A stretch of DNA of 64,000 nt, from the NCBI GenBank assembly GCA_965368975.1, contig CBDUPA010000021.1, forward strand, positions 32,001 to 96,000, given 5' to 3'. The stretch comes from an uncultured bacterium (GTDB taxonomy: Bacteria > Acidobacteriota > Thermoanaerobaculia > Multivoradales > JAHZIX01). The stretch's first letter is position 1, and each line of letters opens with the position of its first letter. Of the stretch, positions 8,854 through 18,790 are shown piece after piece. The notes below the pieces were generated by a model that searched no databases, was not told where the DNA came from, and saw only the letters and a list, made by a program, of their open reading frames with translations. The translations under genes and the position numbers were made by a program.

Positions 8854-11738
8854 TGCCGGACGGAGGTGCCGCGACCACGGACTCGACCGGTAGCTCGATC
8901 GGCGCGCTACTGCGCTTCTTCGAGCGCTGCTACCACGCCGACAACCGCGAGACCTCGCTGCTCGACATCTTCGCGCGCCGCGTCGAGTTCCGGCAGTTTC
9001 TGGCCGGCACCCAGGATCTGCTGCAAGGCGACTATCCGCAGATGCCGGTGGCGGCGAACCCGGAGCACATCACCGCGATTGGACAGATCGCCCGCTACCA
9101 GCGCACCGAGAAAGCGTTGCTCCTGGCAGCGGTACTGGTCATCGGACGGTGCACCGACGAAGAGGGCAAGGCACACCGTCTGTGCGCTCCCGTGTTCCTC
9201 TTGCCGGCGCACATCGAGAGCAACGAGTACGCGCCCATGCTGCGGGTCGAGCTGGAGCGCTCACGCGTCAACTATCCACTGTTGCAAGCTCTCGGCGACC
9301 AGCACGATCTCGACGCCGAGCAGGTCCAGGATCTGGCAGAAGAGCTGCCCGCACCGCCTTGGCACCTGGGTCATCTCAGCCGCATCGCCGACCTCCTGGA
9401 GACGAGCTTTCTCGGTCTCGACGCTAGCGGCTTGCGGCTCTTCCCACGGCAAGAAGACGAGAAGAACATCGAGCGCTGGCGCCGCAGCAAAGCCTTGCGG
9501 GCCATCGTCGCGACACCGCTGGTGTTGCTCCCTCGCTCGCCGGATACCCGCGGCGTGCTCACCGAGTTGCATCGGCTCAGCAGCACTGGCGATGGCGGCG
9601 GCCCGACACCGGAGCTCTCCGCTCCGCTGCGCCTGCTGCTGCGCGACGAGACCGCCGGCGCGGCATCGCGACCGCCCTCAGCCTCTTCCCACGAAGCTGC
9701 TTTTGAAGAGCACGTCCCGGCCCTGCTCAGCGACGCGCAACACCGCGTCCTCGTCAACTCCGTCCGGCAACCGCTGAGCGTCGTCATCGGCCCGCCGGGG
9801 ACGGGGAAGTCTTTCACCATCGCCGCCATCGCGCTGGAAGCCGTCTACCGTGGCGAGTCGGTGTTGGTGGCGGCCCAGCGCGACCAAGCCGTGGACGTCG
9901 TCGCCGACAAGATCGAGCAACTCGGCGGACCTCACGAACTGATCCTGCGCACCGGCCGCAGCGAGTACCGACGGCAACTGCGGCAGACCTTGCGGCAGCT
10001 GCAGCGCGGTGTCCTGCCCTTTCCCCCGCTGCCACTCAACGCGCGGCAGGCCAAGGAGCGCGAACGCGACGACCTGCGCAGGCGCCTGCAGCAACGCGAA
10101 CAAGAGCTGACGGGGCGCAGCGAGCGTGAGCAGCGCTGGGGTCGCTGGCAGGTCGAGGCCGAGAATGCCCCGTGGTGGCAGCGCTGGCCACGGCGCACCG
10201 CCACCTGGACGCTTGGCCAGACGCTCACCGGCCCGCTCGCAACACCGTACTGGCAGCTGATGGACGGCTACCAGCAGCTCACCGAACGTTACCTGGAAGT
10301 GACGCTCGAACTGCTGCGCGACGCCTTCGTGCAGCGACTCGAACGCCATCGACCGCTGGTGGCCCAGCTGGACAAGGTGCTGCGCACGGTCGTCGAGAGC
10401 TTGCGCCGCGAGCGCTTCGATCAGCTCGACAGCGAGACGCTCTTCCGAGTGTTTCCGATCTGGATGTGCCGCCTGGCCAACCTGAACCTGACCTTGCCGA
10501 TGCACCCCGAGATGGTCGATCTGCTGATCCTCGACGAAGCCACACAATGCGACATCGCCAGCTGCCTACCCGCCTTCCAGCGCGCGCGGCGCGTCGTGGT
10601 GGTCGGCGATCCGGAACAGCTCCGGCACCTGAGCTTCCTGTCTCGGCATCGCCAGGAAGGCATCGCCCGCGAGTTGGGTCTGGAACCCAGGACCGTCGAA
10701 CGCTTCGACTACGCCCGGCACAGCATCCTCGACCTCGCCGAGGATCAGCTAGATGGGCAAGCAGGGGTGTTTCTGGACGAGCACTTCCGCAGCACACCCG
10801 AGATCATCGGCTTCAGTAATCAGAATATCTACGGCGGCACACTGAAGGTGATGCGCGAGCGCCCGCCACTGAGGGAACCCGAGTCGGCACAGGCCGAGTC
10901 GACACAGGCCGAGTCGACACAGCCGGCGCTCGAACTGCGACGCGTCGAGGGCCGGCGCGAGGACAGCGGCGCCAACCCGGCCGAAGCCGAAGCCCTGGTC
11001 GAGGCCCTGCTGTCGCTGGTGCGACCCGCGGAGCCGCTCAGGGCATCGATCGGTGTCCTGTCACCGTTTCGCGCCCAGGTCGACCTGCTCAGCGAGCTGC
11101 TGAGCCGCCGGCTGACGCCCGACGAACAAGAGCGCCACGACCTCCTGGTCGGTACGCCCTACGCCTTCCAGGGCGAGGAGCGCGACGTGATGCTGCTCAG
11201 CCTGGTGGTAGACGATGCCGTGCACGCCGGCTCCCTGCGCTTCCTGGCGCGCCGGGACGTGCTCAACGTCGCGGTCACCCGCGCGCGCAATCGGCAGATC
11301 GTCTTCAGCTCGCTCACCGCGGGTGGCGCTCGGCGCCTGCCGGACTTGCTGCGCGCCTACCTGCGCTACCTGGAAGCTCCGCCCGTGCCGCCCGTCGTTG
11401 CCACCTCCTCCCCTCATGCGACCACCGGGGCATGGCGACAGGAGACCTTCTTGCACCAGGTCAGCCGCGCCTTGCACGAGCGCGGCTGGCAGGTGTGGCC
11501 AGCGCAGCCGATCGCCGGCTTCACGGTCGACTTGGTGGTGCGCCGGGGCACGACCACGCTCGGCCTCGACCTGGTTGGACACCCGGGCCGCTACGCCGGC
11601 AGCTTCGCGACCGAGCGCTATCGCCTGTTCCGGCGCGCCGGGCTGCACATCCTGCCGCTGCCCTGCTCTGCCTGGGTTCGCTCGCCCGAAGCCTGCCTCG
11701 AGGCTGTTGAGCGGGTAGGGAGACTGGCGAGCGGGTAA
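8853..11738 (+). CDS. Superfamily I (UPF1-like, AAA_11/AAA_12) helicase with C-terminal Vsr/REase-like domain
   Basis: Walker A GPPGTGKS, LILDEATQ, VVGDPEQL, LDEHFRS, FQGEERD and LNVAVTRAR. The C-terminus has GFTVDLVV. Confidence 0.85.
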   Translation: MPDGGAATTDSTGSSIGALLRFFERCYHADNRETSLLDIFARRVEFRQFLAGTQDLLQGDYPQMPVAANPEHITAIGQIARYQRTEKALLLAAVLVIGRCTDEEGKAHRLCAPVFLLPAHIESNEYAPMLRVELERSRVNYPLLQALGDQHDLDAEQVQDLAEELPAPPWHLGHLSRIADLLETSFLGLDASGLRLFPRQEDEKNIERWRRSKALRAIVATPLVLLPRSPDTRGVLTELHRLSSTGDGGGPTPELSAPLRLLLRDETAGAASRPPSASSHEAAFEEHVPALLSDAQHRVLVNSVRQPLSVVIGPPGTGKSFTIAAIALEAVYRGESVLVAAQRDQAVDVVADKIEQLGGPHELILRTGRSEYRRQLRQTLRQLQRGVLPFPPLPLNARQAKERERDDLRRRLQQREQELTGRSEREQRWGRWQVEAENAPWWQRWPRRTATWTLGQTLTGPLATPYWQLMDGYQQLTERYLEVTLELLRDAFVQRLERHRPLVAQLDKVLRTVVESLRRERFDQLDSETLFRVFPIWMCRLANLNLTLPMHPEMVDLLILDEATQCDIASCLPAFQRARRVVVVGDPEQLRHLSFLSRHRQEGIARELGLEPRTVERFDYARHSILDLAEDQLDGQAGVFLDEHFRSTPEIIGFSNQNIYGGTLKVMRERPPLREPESAQAESTQAESTQPALELRRVEGRREDSGANPAEAEALVEALLSLVRPAEPLRASIGVLSPFRAQVDLLSELLSRRLTPDEQERHDLLVGTPYAFQGEERDVMLLSLVVDDAVHAGSLRFLARRDVLNVAVTRARNRQIVFSSLTAGGARRLPDLLRAYLRYLEAPPVPPVVATSSPHATTGAWRQETFLHQVSRALHERGWQVWPAQPIAGFTVDLVVRRGTTTLGLDLVGHPGRYAGSFATERYRLFRRAGLHILPLPCSAWVRSPEACLEAVERVGRLASG

Positions 11739-11747
11739 GATAGCCCC

Positions 11748-13079
11748 ATGTCCAAAGGCCGCCTGCTCGTCGTCGAGGACCGCGACTCGCTGCGCAAGAT
11801 GCTGTGCCATGCCCTGCAAGCTGACGGTTTCGACGCCGAAGCCGCGGCCGATGGTACGCAAGGCATGCGCCTGGTACGTGAGCGCGCCTATGACCTGGTG
11901 TTGACCGACCTGCAGCTACCCGGCGCTTCAGGCCTGGAGGTGCTGGCCGCCAGCCGGGAGGCCGATCGCATGCGGCCGGTGCTGGTACTCACCGGCTACG
12001 GCACCGTGGCACGCGCCGTCGAGGCGATGAAGCTGGGCGCTTTCGACTTCCTGGAAAAGCCGGTGGAGATCGACGATCTGCTACGCCTGATCCAGACGGC
12101 GATTGGCAGCGCCCGTGCCGGCAACGGCAGCGACGCCGTCTTCCAGCCGCCCGGCGACGCACCCGTCATTGTCGGCCGCCACCCCAGCCTGCGCGCCGCG
12201 CTGCGCCTGCTGCAACGCGTCGCCGTCACCGACAGCACCGTGCTGTTGACCGGCGAGAGCGGCACCGGCAAGGAGCTCTTCGCGCGCGCGCTGCACGCCC
12301 TGTCCAAGCGCCAGGCAGGTCCCTTCGTGGCGGTCAACTGCGCCGCCATCCCCGAATCCCTGATCGAGAATGAGCTGTTCGGCCACGAGCGCGGCGCCTT
12401 CACCGGTGCCGACCGGCGCCAGACCGGCCGCTTCGAAATGGCGGGCGGTGGCACCCTGCTACTCGACGAGGTCGGCGAGCTGCCGCTGAGCGTCCAGAGC
12501 AAGGTGCTCCGCGTGCTCGAAGACCGCCGCTACGAGCGGGTCGGCGGTAGCCAGACACTCGACGCCAACGCCCGCGTGGTCGCGGCGACCAACCGGCCGC
12601 TGCAACAGATGGTCGACAACGGCACCTTCCGCGCTGACCTCTACTTCCGTCTCGACGTCTTCCCCATCGAACTGCCCTCTCTGCGCGACCGCGCCTCGGA
12701 TGTACCGTTGCTGGCGCACCACCTGCTGCACCGCCTGGCCGCGCGTCACAATCTCGACGCCCCGCAACTGACGCCGGACACCGAGGAGTGGCTGCGCGAA
12801 CAACCGTGGCCAGGCAACGTGCGCGAGCTGTCCAACCTGCTGGAGCGCGCCGTCATCGTCGCCGATCGTGGCCAGTTGCGGCCCGCCGACCTGCACGCTC
12901 TGCAGCGGCGGGAATCCTCACCCGACCTCAACAGCGATGAGCTGACCGAACTGCGTCGCGCGCTGATCAAGACCGACGGCGACAAGAAGCAGGCGGCGAA
13001 GATGCTCGGCATCAGCTATAGCACGCTCCAACGTCGCATCCGCCAGCACGACCTCGAAGGCTTTCCGCGCTACCGATGA
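11748..13079 (+). CDS. Sigma54-dependent NtrC-family response regulator
   Basis: Receiver domain, GESGTGKE, GAFTGA, WPGNVREL and Fis-type HTH. Confidence 0.95.
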   Translation: MSKGRLLVVEDRDSLRKMLCHALQADGFDAEAAADGTQGMRLVRERAYDLVLTDLQLPGASGLEVLAASREADRMRPVLVLTGYGTVARAVEAMKLGAFDFLEKPVEIDDLLRLIQTAIGSARAGNGSDAVFQPPGDAPVIVGRHPSLRAALRLLQRVAVTDSTVLLTGESGTGKELFARALHALSKRQAGPFVAVNCAAIPESLIENELFGHERGAFTGADRRQTGRFEMAGGGTLLLDEVGELPLSVQSKVLRVLEDRRYERVGGSQTLDANARVVAATNRPLQQMVDNGTFRADLYFRLDVFPIELPSLRDRASDVPLLAHHLLHRLAARHNLDAPQLTPDTEEWLREQPWPGNVRELSNLLERAVIVADRGQLRPADLHALQRRESSPDLNSDELTELRRALIKTDGDKKQAAKMLGISYSTLQRRIRQHDLEGFPRYR

Positions 13080-15712
13080 CCTCCGAGACACCGCCCGCCG
13101 AGACCCAGCGCGTCTTCCGTGGCCTGCTACTGCTACTCCCGCTGCTCGGCGTCGCCGCCTGGATGCTGCTGCTCCGGCAACCCGAGATGCCTTATCTCGA
13201 CGGCGGCCCCGGTCCCTGGATCACCGCGCCGCTGGCCCCGCGCGCCGAGGCCCGCATCTCCGGCACTCTGGAAGCCACTTTCGAACACACCTTCACCCTC
13301 GACGGCGCGCCCGGCCGCGCCGAACTCTTCGTGCGCCTCTTCGAAACAGGCGAGGTGCGGCTCAACGGTCAGCCCGTGGCACGATCCGAACAGCCAGCCC
13401 ACTGGAAAGACATGCAGACCGCCAAAGTCGGCAACCTGCTGCTCGATGGCCCCAACGTGCTGCAGGTCGATGTCCGACGCCACGCCGGTCCCCCCCCGCT
13501 CAGCCTCGCTCTGCGCACCGGTGGCCGGCCCTTGGTGACGACCGGCGTCGACTGGACGGTGCGCTTGGTCGGTTCGACGCCAGCCCCGGTGCAACTGGCG
13601 GCCGACCGCCCGCACCGGGACCCCGCACGCATACGCCCTGGCGCTATCGACCCTGCCGCCATCCGCGTCGGCACGGCACTGGAGGCCAGCCTGCCCGCGC
13701 TCCTTCTGATGCTGCTGGTTGCCGTCGTGCTCGTCGCTGCTCCCCGTCTTCGACCTCTGGCCCAGTACCTGGCCCCTCGCAAACATCTCGAGATTTGGGG
13801 AGTGACCGGCCTGCTCACCGTGCTCTGGATCGCGCTCTACCTCAACAATGCCGGCCGCTTTCCCCTGACGATCGGCTTCGACGCCCGAGGCCACCTGGAG
13901 TACATCGACTTCCTGCTGCGCGAAGGACACCTACCCAAAGCCGGCGACGGCTGGCAGATGTACCAGCCGCCCCTCTTCTATCTACTCTGCGCACTGCCCC
14001 TGAAGCTGTTGGGCTGGACGGCGAGCGCCCCTGACTCCAGCGCGGTCTGGGTGGTGCGTGCCATTACCTTCTCCGCCGGCCTGACACAAACACTGCTGAT
14101 CTACGCCGTCGCGCGCCAGCTGTGGCCCGCGCACCCCGCGCGGCAACGCCTGGCCCTGCTGCTGGCCGCCGGCCTACCGGTGCATCTCTACCTCTTCCAC
14201 TACGCGAGCAACGAGACCGTCGCGACAGCCTTGTCGGCAGCCGTCGTGTGGGCAGTGGTCCGCTGGCTGCGCGATGGCAGCGACAAGAACCTGATTCTCG
14301 TCGGTCTCCTGCTCGGCCTGGCGCTGCTGGCCAAGGTCACGGCGGTGCTACTCCTTGTCGCTGTCGTCGGTATCTTGCTCGGGAGAGCGTGGCTGGTCGC
14401 GCCTTCCGGGGAAAGAGTCACGCGTGCGTCAGCCCTGCGTGCAGCAAGCCTTGTCGCGGTCGTCGCCCTGCTCGTCGGCGGCTGGCACTACGGCCGCGCG
14501 GCGCTCGAATACGGCAATCCACTGATCGGCAACTGGGAGCCAGAACTCGGCTTCGCCTGGTGGCAAGACCCCGGCTACCGGAGCCTCGCCGATCTCAGCG
14601 ACTTGCCGACTCTCGGCCTCGGCACAACAATGACCGAACCCTGGTTCGCTGGCTTTGCTGGCACCGGCGCCGGTCTCACCTCGACCCTCTTCGGCGACGC
14701 CCTGGCCGGCGGCGAGGCCGAACTGCGCCTCGGTCCGCCCTGGAACCACACCTGGATGGCCGCCGGTTACGTTTTCGTGCCGCTGTGGTTGCTGCTCGCC
14801 GGCATCGGCCTGGTGAAGGTCTGCACCTTTCTCCTGGACCACGACGCCGTGCGTCACTCCCAGCGCTCCCGCAGCTTGGCTGCGGCCTGGATCTTCCTGC
14901 TCGGCACTGGCGCCCTGGTGCTCGCCGCGCTGCTCTACATGGCGCTCAAAGTACCGTCCTACGCGCAGGCCAAGGCCTTCTATGGCCAGCCTGCACTGCC
15001 CCTCTTCGTGCTCCTGGCGGCGCTAGGAGCCGAGAGCGCCTACCACTTCCTGCGGCGCCCAGCGGCACGTGCCTCGCTGGTGACCGTCCTGCTGCTCGTG
15101 TCGGGCTGGTCGTGGGCGGCCGTTTGGATCCGTCCCGACGCCCCCGCAACACAGGTGATGCGGGGCCTACAACTACTGCAAGCCACGCAGCCGGACGCTG
15201 CCGACCAGCTCTTCGAACGAGCCGCGGCGGCACGTCCCGACTGGGCCGAGCCACACCTGGGACACTACTGGGTCGCAACCGCGAGAGGTGAGACCGGCAC
15301 GCCGCGGCAAGCAGCCCGCCTCGCCCTCGACGCCGCCCCGGATCATCCCGAAGCGCTGATGGCCATGGCGCGTGAGACCAGAAATACCGACCCCGCGCGC
15401 GCCGAGCGCTGGTTGCACCGCGCCATCGACCTCGACCCGACCGATCCGCGTGGCCCGGCGCTGCTCGTCGACCTGCTGCTCTCTCAACGACGCCTGCCCG
15501 ACGCCATCAACGTCCTGCGTGGGCAGCTGCTCGCCACCCCCGACGATTCCGAAGTCCACCTGCGCCTGGCCGCCCTCTACCACGCCGCCGGCCGCGTCGA
15601 CACCGCGCGCCGTCAGCTGCAGTGGCTGGCCGACGCCCGTCCCGACGATCCCCGTGCACGCCAAGCCCTCGACGCCCTTGCCCGCAGCCCCAACGGAGAC
15701 CCCCCGTCATGA
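13076..15712 (+). CDS. GT-C (PMT_2/ArnT-like) membrane glycosyltransferase with C-terminal TPRs
   Basis: GFDARGHLEYI...YQPPLFY motif, many TM helices, GLALLAK and TPR-like C-terminal repeats. Confidence 0.7.
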   Translation: MTSETPPAETQRVFRGLLLLLPLLGVAAWMLLLRQPEMPYLDGGPGPWITAPLAPRAEARISGTLEATFEHTFTLDGAPGRAELFVRLFETGEVRLNGQPVARSEQPAHWKDMQTAKVGNLLLDGPNVLQVDVRRHAGPPPLSLALRTGGRPLVTTGVDWTVRLVGSTPAPVQLAADRPHRDPARIRPGAIDPAAIRVGTALEASLPALLLMLLVAVVLVAAPRLRPLAQYLAPRKHLEIWGVTGLLTVLWIALYLNNAGRFPLTIGFDARGHLEYIDFLLREGHLPKAGDGWQMYQPPLFYLLCALPLKLLGWTASAPDSSAVWVVRAITFSAGLTQTLLIYAVARQLWPAHPARQRLALLLAAGLPVHLYLFHYASNETVATALSAAVVWAVVRWLRDGSDKNLILVGLLLGLALLAKVTAVLLLVAVVGILLGRAWLVAPSGERVTRASALRAASLVAVVALLVGGWHYGRAALEYGNPLIGNWEPELGFAWWQDPGYRSLADLSDLPTLGLGTTMTEPWFAGFAGTGAGLTSTLFGDALAGGEAELRLGPPWNHTWMAAGYVFVPLWLLLAGIGLVKVCTFLLDHDAVRHSQRSRSLAAAWIFLLGTGALVLAALLYMALKVPSYAQAKAFYGQPALPLFVLLAALGAESAYHFLRRPAARASLVTVLLLVSGWSWAAVWIRPDAPATQVMRGLQLLQATQPDAADQLFERAAAARPDWAEPHLGHYWVATARGETGTPRQAARLALDAAPDHPEALMAMARETRNTDPARAERWLHRAIDLDPTDPRGPALLVDLLLSQRRLPDAINVLRGQLLATPDDSEVHLRLAALYHAAGRVDTARRQLQWLADARPDDPRARQALDALARSPNGDPPS

Positions 15713-16752
15713 CCCTCGACCCCACCCTCAACCGTCGCGACCTCCTCTCCTGCATCGCCGCCGGCATGCTCGGTTCCAGCGCCCTCACGGCGGGCACGTC
15801 CGCTGCCGCGACGACGGAAGAGACGGCTGCTCGCGGCCTGGCCCGCTTCACACAGCCGACCGTGCGCGTCATCGGCACCGTCCAGGATGGCGGCCTGCCA
15901 CACGCCGGCTGTAGCTGCGAACGCTGCGACGCCGCCCGCGCCGACCCTGCACGTCGTCGCTACATCGCGTCGCTGGCGCTTATCCTGCCCGATGGTTCGG
16001 GCAAGGCACCGCAGATCTACCTGCTCGACGTCACTCCCGACATCCGCCCGCAGCTCGACGCCCTCGCCGACGTGCGCGACGACCCCGACGATCGCGTCGA
16101 CCGCGCCCCCATCGACGGCGTCCTGCTCACCCACGCCCACATTGGCCACTACCTTGGCCTCGCTTTCTTCGGCTACGAAGCCATCCACACCCGCGGTCTG
16201 CCCGTCCACTGCACGCCGCGCATGGCCGACTTCCTGCGCCAGAATGCGCCGTGGAGCCAGCTCGTCGAGTTCGGCAACCTCAGCCTGCGTCCCAGCGCAC
16301 CTGCCAACAGCCAGCAAGGCGCCAGCTTCCAGCTCGGCGACGTCACCGTCACCCTACTGCCCGTCCCCCACCGCGATGAATTCTCCGACACCGTCGCTAT
16401 CCGCCTGCGCGGTCCCGACAAGACCCTGCTCTACGTTCCCGACACCGACGCCTGGGCCAAGTGGCCGACCCCGTTGACCGAAGCCCTCGCCGATGTCGAC
16501 GTCGCGTTGCTCGACGGCACCTTCTACTCGCTCGAAGAACTGCCCGGCCGCGATGTGTCGAGCGTGCCACACCCGCTGATCACACAGAGCATGGACCTGC
16601 TCGAGCCGCTGGTGCGGGATGGCAAGAAGCAGATCCTCTTCACCCACCTCAACCACTCCAATCCCGCCCTCGACCCCGCCAGCGAGGCGTACCGTCAAAT
16701 CGGGGCGCGTGGTTTCCAGGTGGCGGCGGAGGGGATGGAGTTCGCGTTGTAA
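15709..16752 (+). CDS. PqqB-related metallo-beta-lactamase-fold hydrolase with Tat signal
   Basis: NRRDLL Tat-like motif, GTVQDGGLPHAGCSCERC, LTHAHIGHY, VPHRDE and THLNHSNP. Confidence 0.8.
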   Translation: MTLDPTLNRRDLLSCIAAGMLGSSALTAGTSAAATTEETAARGLARFTQPTVRVIGTVQDGGLPHAGCSCERCDAARADPARRRYIASLALILPDGSGKAPQIYLLDVTPDIRPQLDALADVRDDPDDRVDRAPIDGVLLTHAHIGHYLGLAFFGYEAIHTRGLPVHCTPRMADFLRQNAPWSQLVEFGNLSLRPSAPANSQQGASFQLGDVTVTLLPVPHRDEFSDTVAIRLRGPDKTLLYVPDTDAWAKWPTPLTEALADVDVALLDGTFYSLEELPGRDVSSVPHPLITQSMDLLEPLVRDGKKQILFTHLNHSNPALDPASEAYRQIGARGFQVAAEGMEFAL

Positions 16753-16782
16753 GGGATCCCGCGGAACCTATTCGACCTCTGG

Positions 16783-16873
16783 GTAGGGGCAGGCCCATGT
16801 GCCTGCCCTGGGTGGGGGGCAGGGAATCCGGAGGCGGCCGCGCCGCAGGGCGGCCACATGGGGCCGCCCCTAC
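16783..16873. repeat. GTAG-type REP doublet (REPIN-like)
   Basis: GTAGGGGCAGGCCCATGTGCCTGCCC at the left end and inverted GGGCGGCCACATGGGGCCGCCCCTAC at the right end. Each has an internal palindrome and the element is intergenic. Confidence 0.75.
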
Positions 16874-16992
16874 ACGGAGATCCCGACGGCTTCGCAACCG
16901 CGCAGTCTGGTACGCTTGTCGCCGCCAGGAGCCTGCGCTCCATCTTCACACCGCACCCCAACTGCCATCCCAATCAGACCAGGAACCACACC

Positions 16993-18348
16993 ATGTCCGG
17001 AATCTTCAAGGCCTACGATGTACGCGGTCTCTACCCCGAGCAGCTCAACGAAAACCTCGCCCGCCAGATCGGCCTGGCCTTCCAGTTCGTCCTCGACGAC
17101 GAAGACCGCGCCCTCGGTAACACCGTCGTCGTCAGCCGTGACATGCGCTCGCATAGTGAGCCTCTGAGCAAGGCTTTGATCGAAGGTCTGCGAGCCGCCG
17201 GCCTCGACGTCCTCGACATCGGCCTCGCCACCACGCCGATGAACTACTTCGCCGTCGGCCATCTCAAAGCCATCGGCGGCGTCCAGGTCACCGCGTCGCA
17301 CAACCCCGCGCGCTACAACGGCCTCAAATTCAGCAAGCACGGTGCGCGCCCGGTCTCCGGCGACCATGGCATCCCACTGATGGAAGAGAAAGTCCACAGC
17401 GGCGACCTGCCCACCGCCGCCAGCGAAGGCACCCTGCGGCAAGGCGAGATCTTCGACGCCTACCAGCAGCACGTGCTCTCCTTCCTGAACCGCCCCGAAG
17501 GCGCGCGCCGCCTCAAGGTCGTCGTCGACGCCGCCAACGGGATGGGCACCATCTACCAGCCCATCCTCGAACAGCTAGGCATCGAACTGATCCCGCTCTA
17601 CTTCGAACTCGACGGCAGCTTCCCCAACCACGAAGCCAACCCGCTCAAGCTCGAGAACCTGCGCGATCTGAGCAAGAAAGTCCTAGAGACCGGCGCCGAC
17701 CTCGGCGTCTCCTTCGACGGCGACGCCGACCGCTCCGCCTTCGTCGACGAGAAGGGCGAGCCCATCGGCAGCGACCTGATCACCGCCCTCATCGGCGGCG
17801 AACTGCTCGACCGCGAACCCGGCAAGGCCGTCCTCTACGACCTGCGCTCCTCGCGCGCCGTCGCCGAATACATCCAGGAACACGGCGGCGAACCCGTCCG
17901 CGAGCGCGTCGGCCACAGCTTCATGAAGGCCACGATGCGCCAGAAAGACGGCATCTTCGGCGGCGAGCTCGCTGGCCACTACTACTTCCGCGACCACTAC
18001 ACCGCCGACTGCGCGGTCCTGGCCGTGGTCGAGATCCTGAACCTGCTGTGGCAAACCGGCAAGTCCATGTCCGAAGTCGCGGCCCCGCTCTACCGCTACT
18101 TCAAGACCGAGGAGATCAACTTCGAGGTCGAAGACAAGGACGGCAAGATCCGCGAACTGGCCGAGAAGTACAGCGACGCCGAGATCGACTACCTGGATGG
18201 CATCACCTTCGCGTATCCCACTTGGTGGGCCAATGTGCGACCGTCGAACACTGAGCCGTACCTGCGCCTGGTGCTGGAAGCGTCGACGCAGGAAGAGATG
18301 GAAGCGCGTCGAGGGGAGATCGTCGGGTTGTTGGGGGAACCGGTGTAG
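16993..18348 (+). CDS. Phosphomannomutase/phosphoglucomutase
   Basis: IFKAYDVRG, TASHNP phosphoserine loop, FDGDADR metal loop and RPSNTEP. Confidence 0.95.
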   Translation: MSGIFKAYDVRGLYPEQLNENLARQIGLAFQFVLDDEDRALGNTVVVSRDMRSHSEPLSKALIEGLRAAGLDVLDIGLATTPMNYFAVGHLKAIGGVQVTASHNPARYNGLKFSKHGARPVSGDHGIPLMEEKVHSGDLPTAASEGTLRQGEIFDAYQQHVLSFLNRPEGARRLKVVVDAANGMGTIYQPILEQLGIELIPLYFELDGSFPNHEANPLKLENLRDLSKKVLETGADLGVSFDGDADRSAFVDEKGEPIGSDLITALIGGELLDREPGKAVLYDLRSSRAVAEYIQEHGGEPVRERVGHSFMKATMRQKDGIFGGELAGHYYFRDHYTADCAVLAVVEILNLLWQTGKSMSEVAAPLYRYFKTEEINFEVEDKDGKIRELAEKYSDAEIDYLDGITFAYPTWWANVRPSNTEPYLRLVLEASTQEEMEARRGEIVGLLGEPV

Positions 18349-18367
18349 GTCAAGACTGAGGGAGCGG

Positions 18368-18757
18368 CTACAAGTACCGCTCCCCCACCACCTCGACGTC
18401 GAGCGAAAACTCGTACAGCCGCATTCCACCATACAACGCCCGCACGTTCTCGTACCCCGCCTGTCGCCAAGCCCGCGCCGCTTCCGTCGCGGCACTGCCG
18501 TCCTCGTCTATCAGCACCACCTCGACTCCCGGCGTAGGGCTCCAGTGGACGTCCCCCTTCTTGCCCTCCGGCAACGGCTCCGCACCGCGTAGCCGCGTCT
18601 CGACTTCACCGGTGCGCATGTCGAACACCTGCAGAGACGCCCCCTTCTTCGCAAAGACACAGCGCAGCTTGTGCAGCAGCGCGGCGGGGGCGATGTGGAG
18701 ATCTGGGTCGAAGTCAGGGACGTCGAGGTCTCGCGGCGCGTCCACGACTTCGCTCAT
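18368..18757 (-). CDS. Rhodanese-like domain protein
   Basis: VFDMR...AARAWRQAGYENVRALYGG fits the rhodanese fold. No catalytic Cys is evident (LIDEDG). Confidence 0.7.
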   Translation of the reverse strand: MSEVVDAPRDLDVPDFDPDLHIAPAALLHKLRCVFAKKGASLQVFDMRTGEVETRLRGAEPLPEGKKGDVHWSPTPGVEVVLIDEDGSAATEAARAWRQAGYENVRALYGGMRLYEFSLDVEVVGERYL

Positions 18758-18790
18758 GGTTCGGCTAGCTACCACCCAAGTAGGGCCAGC

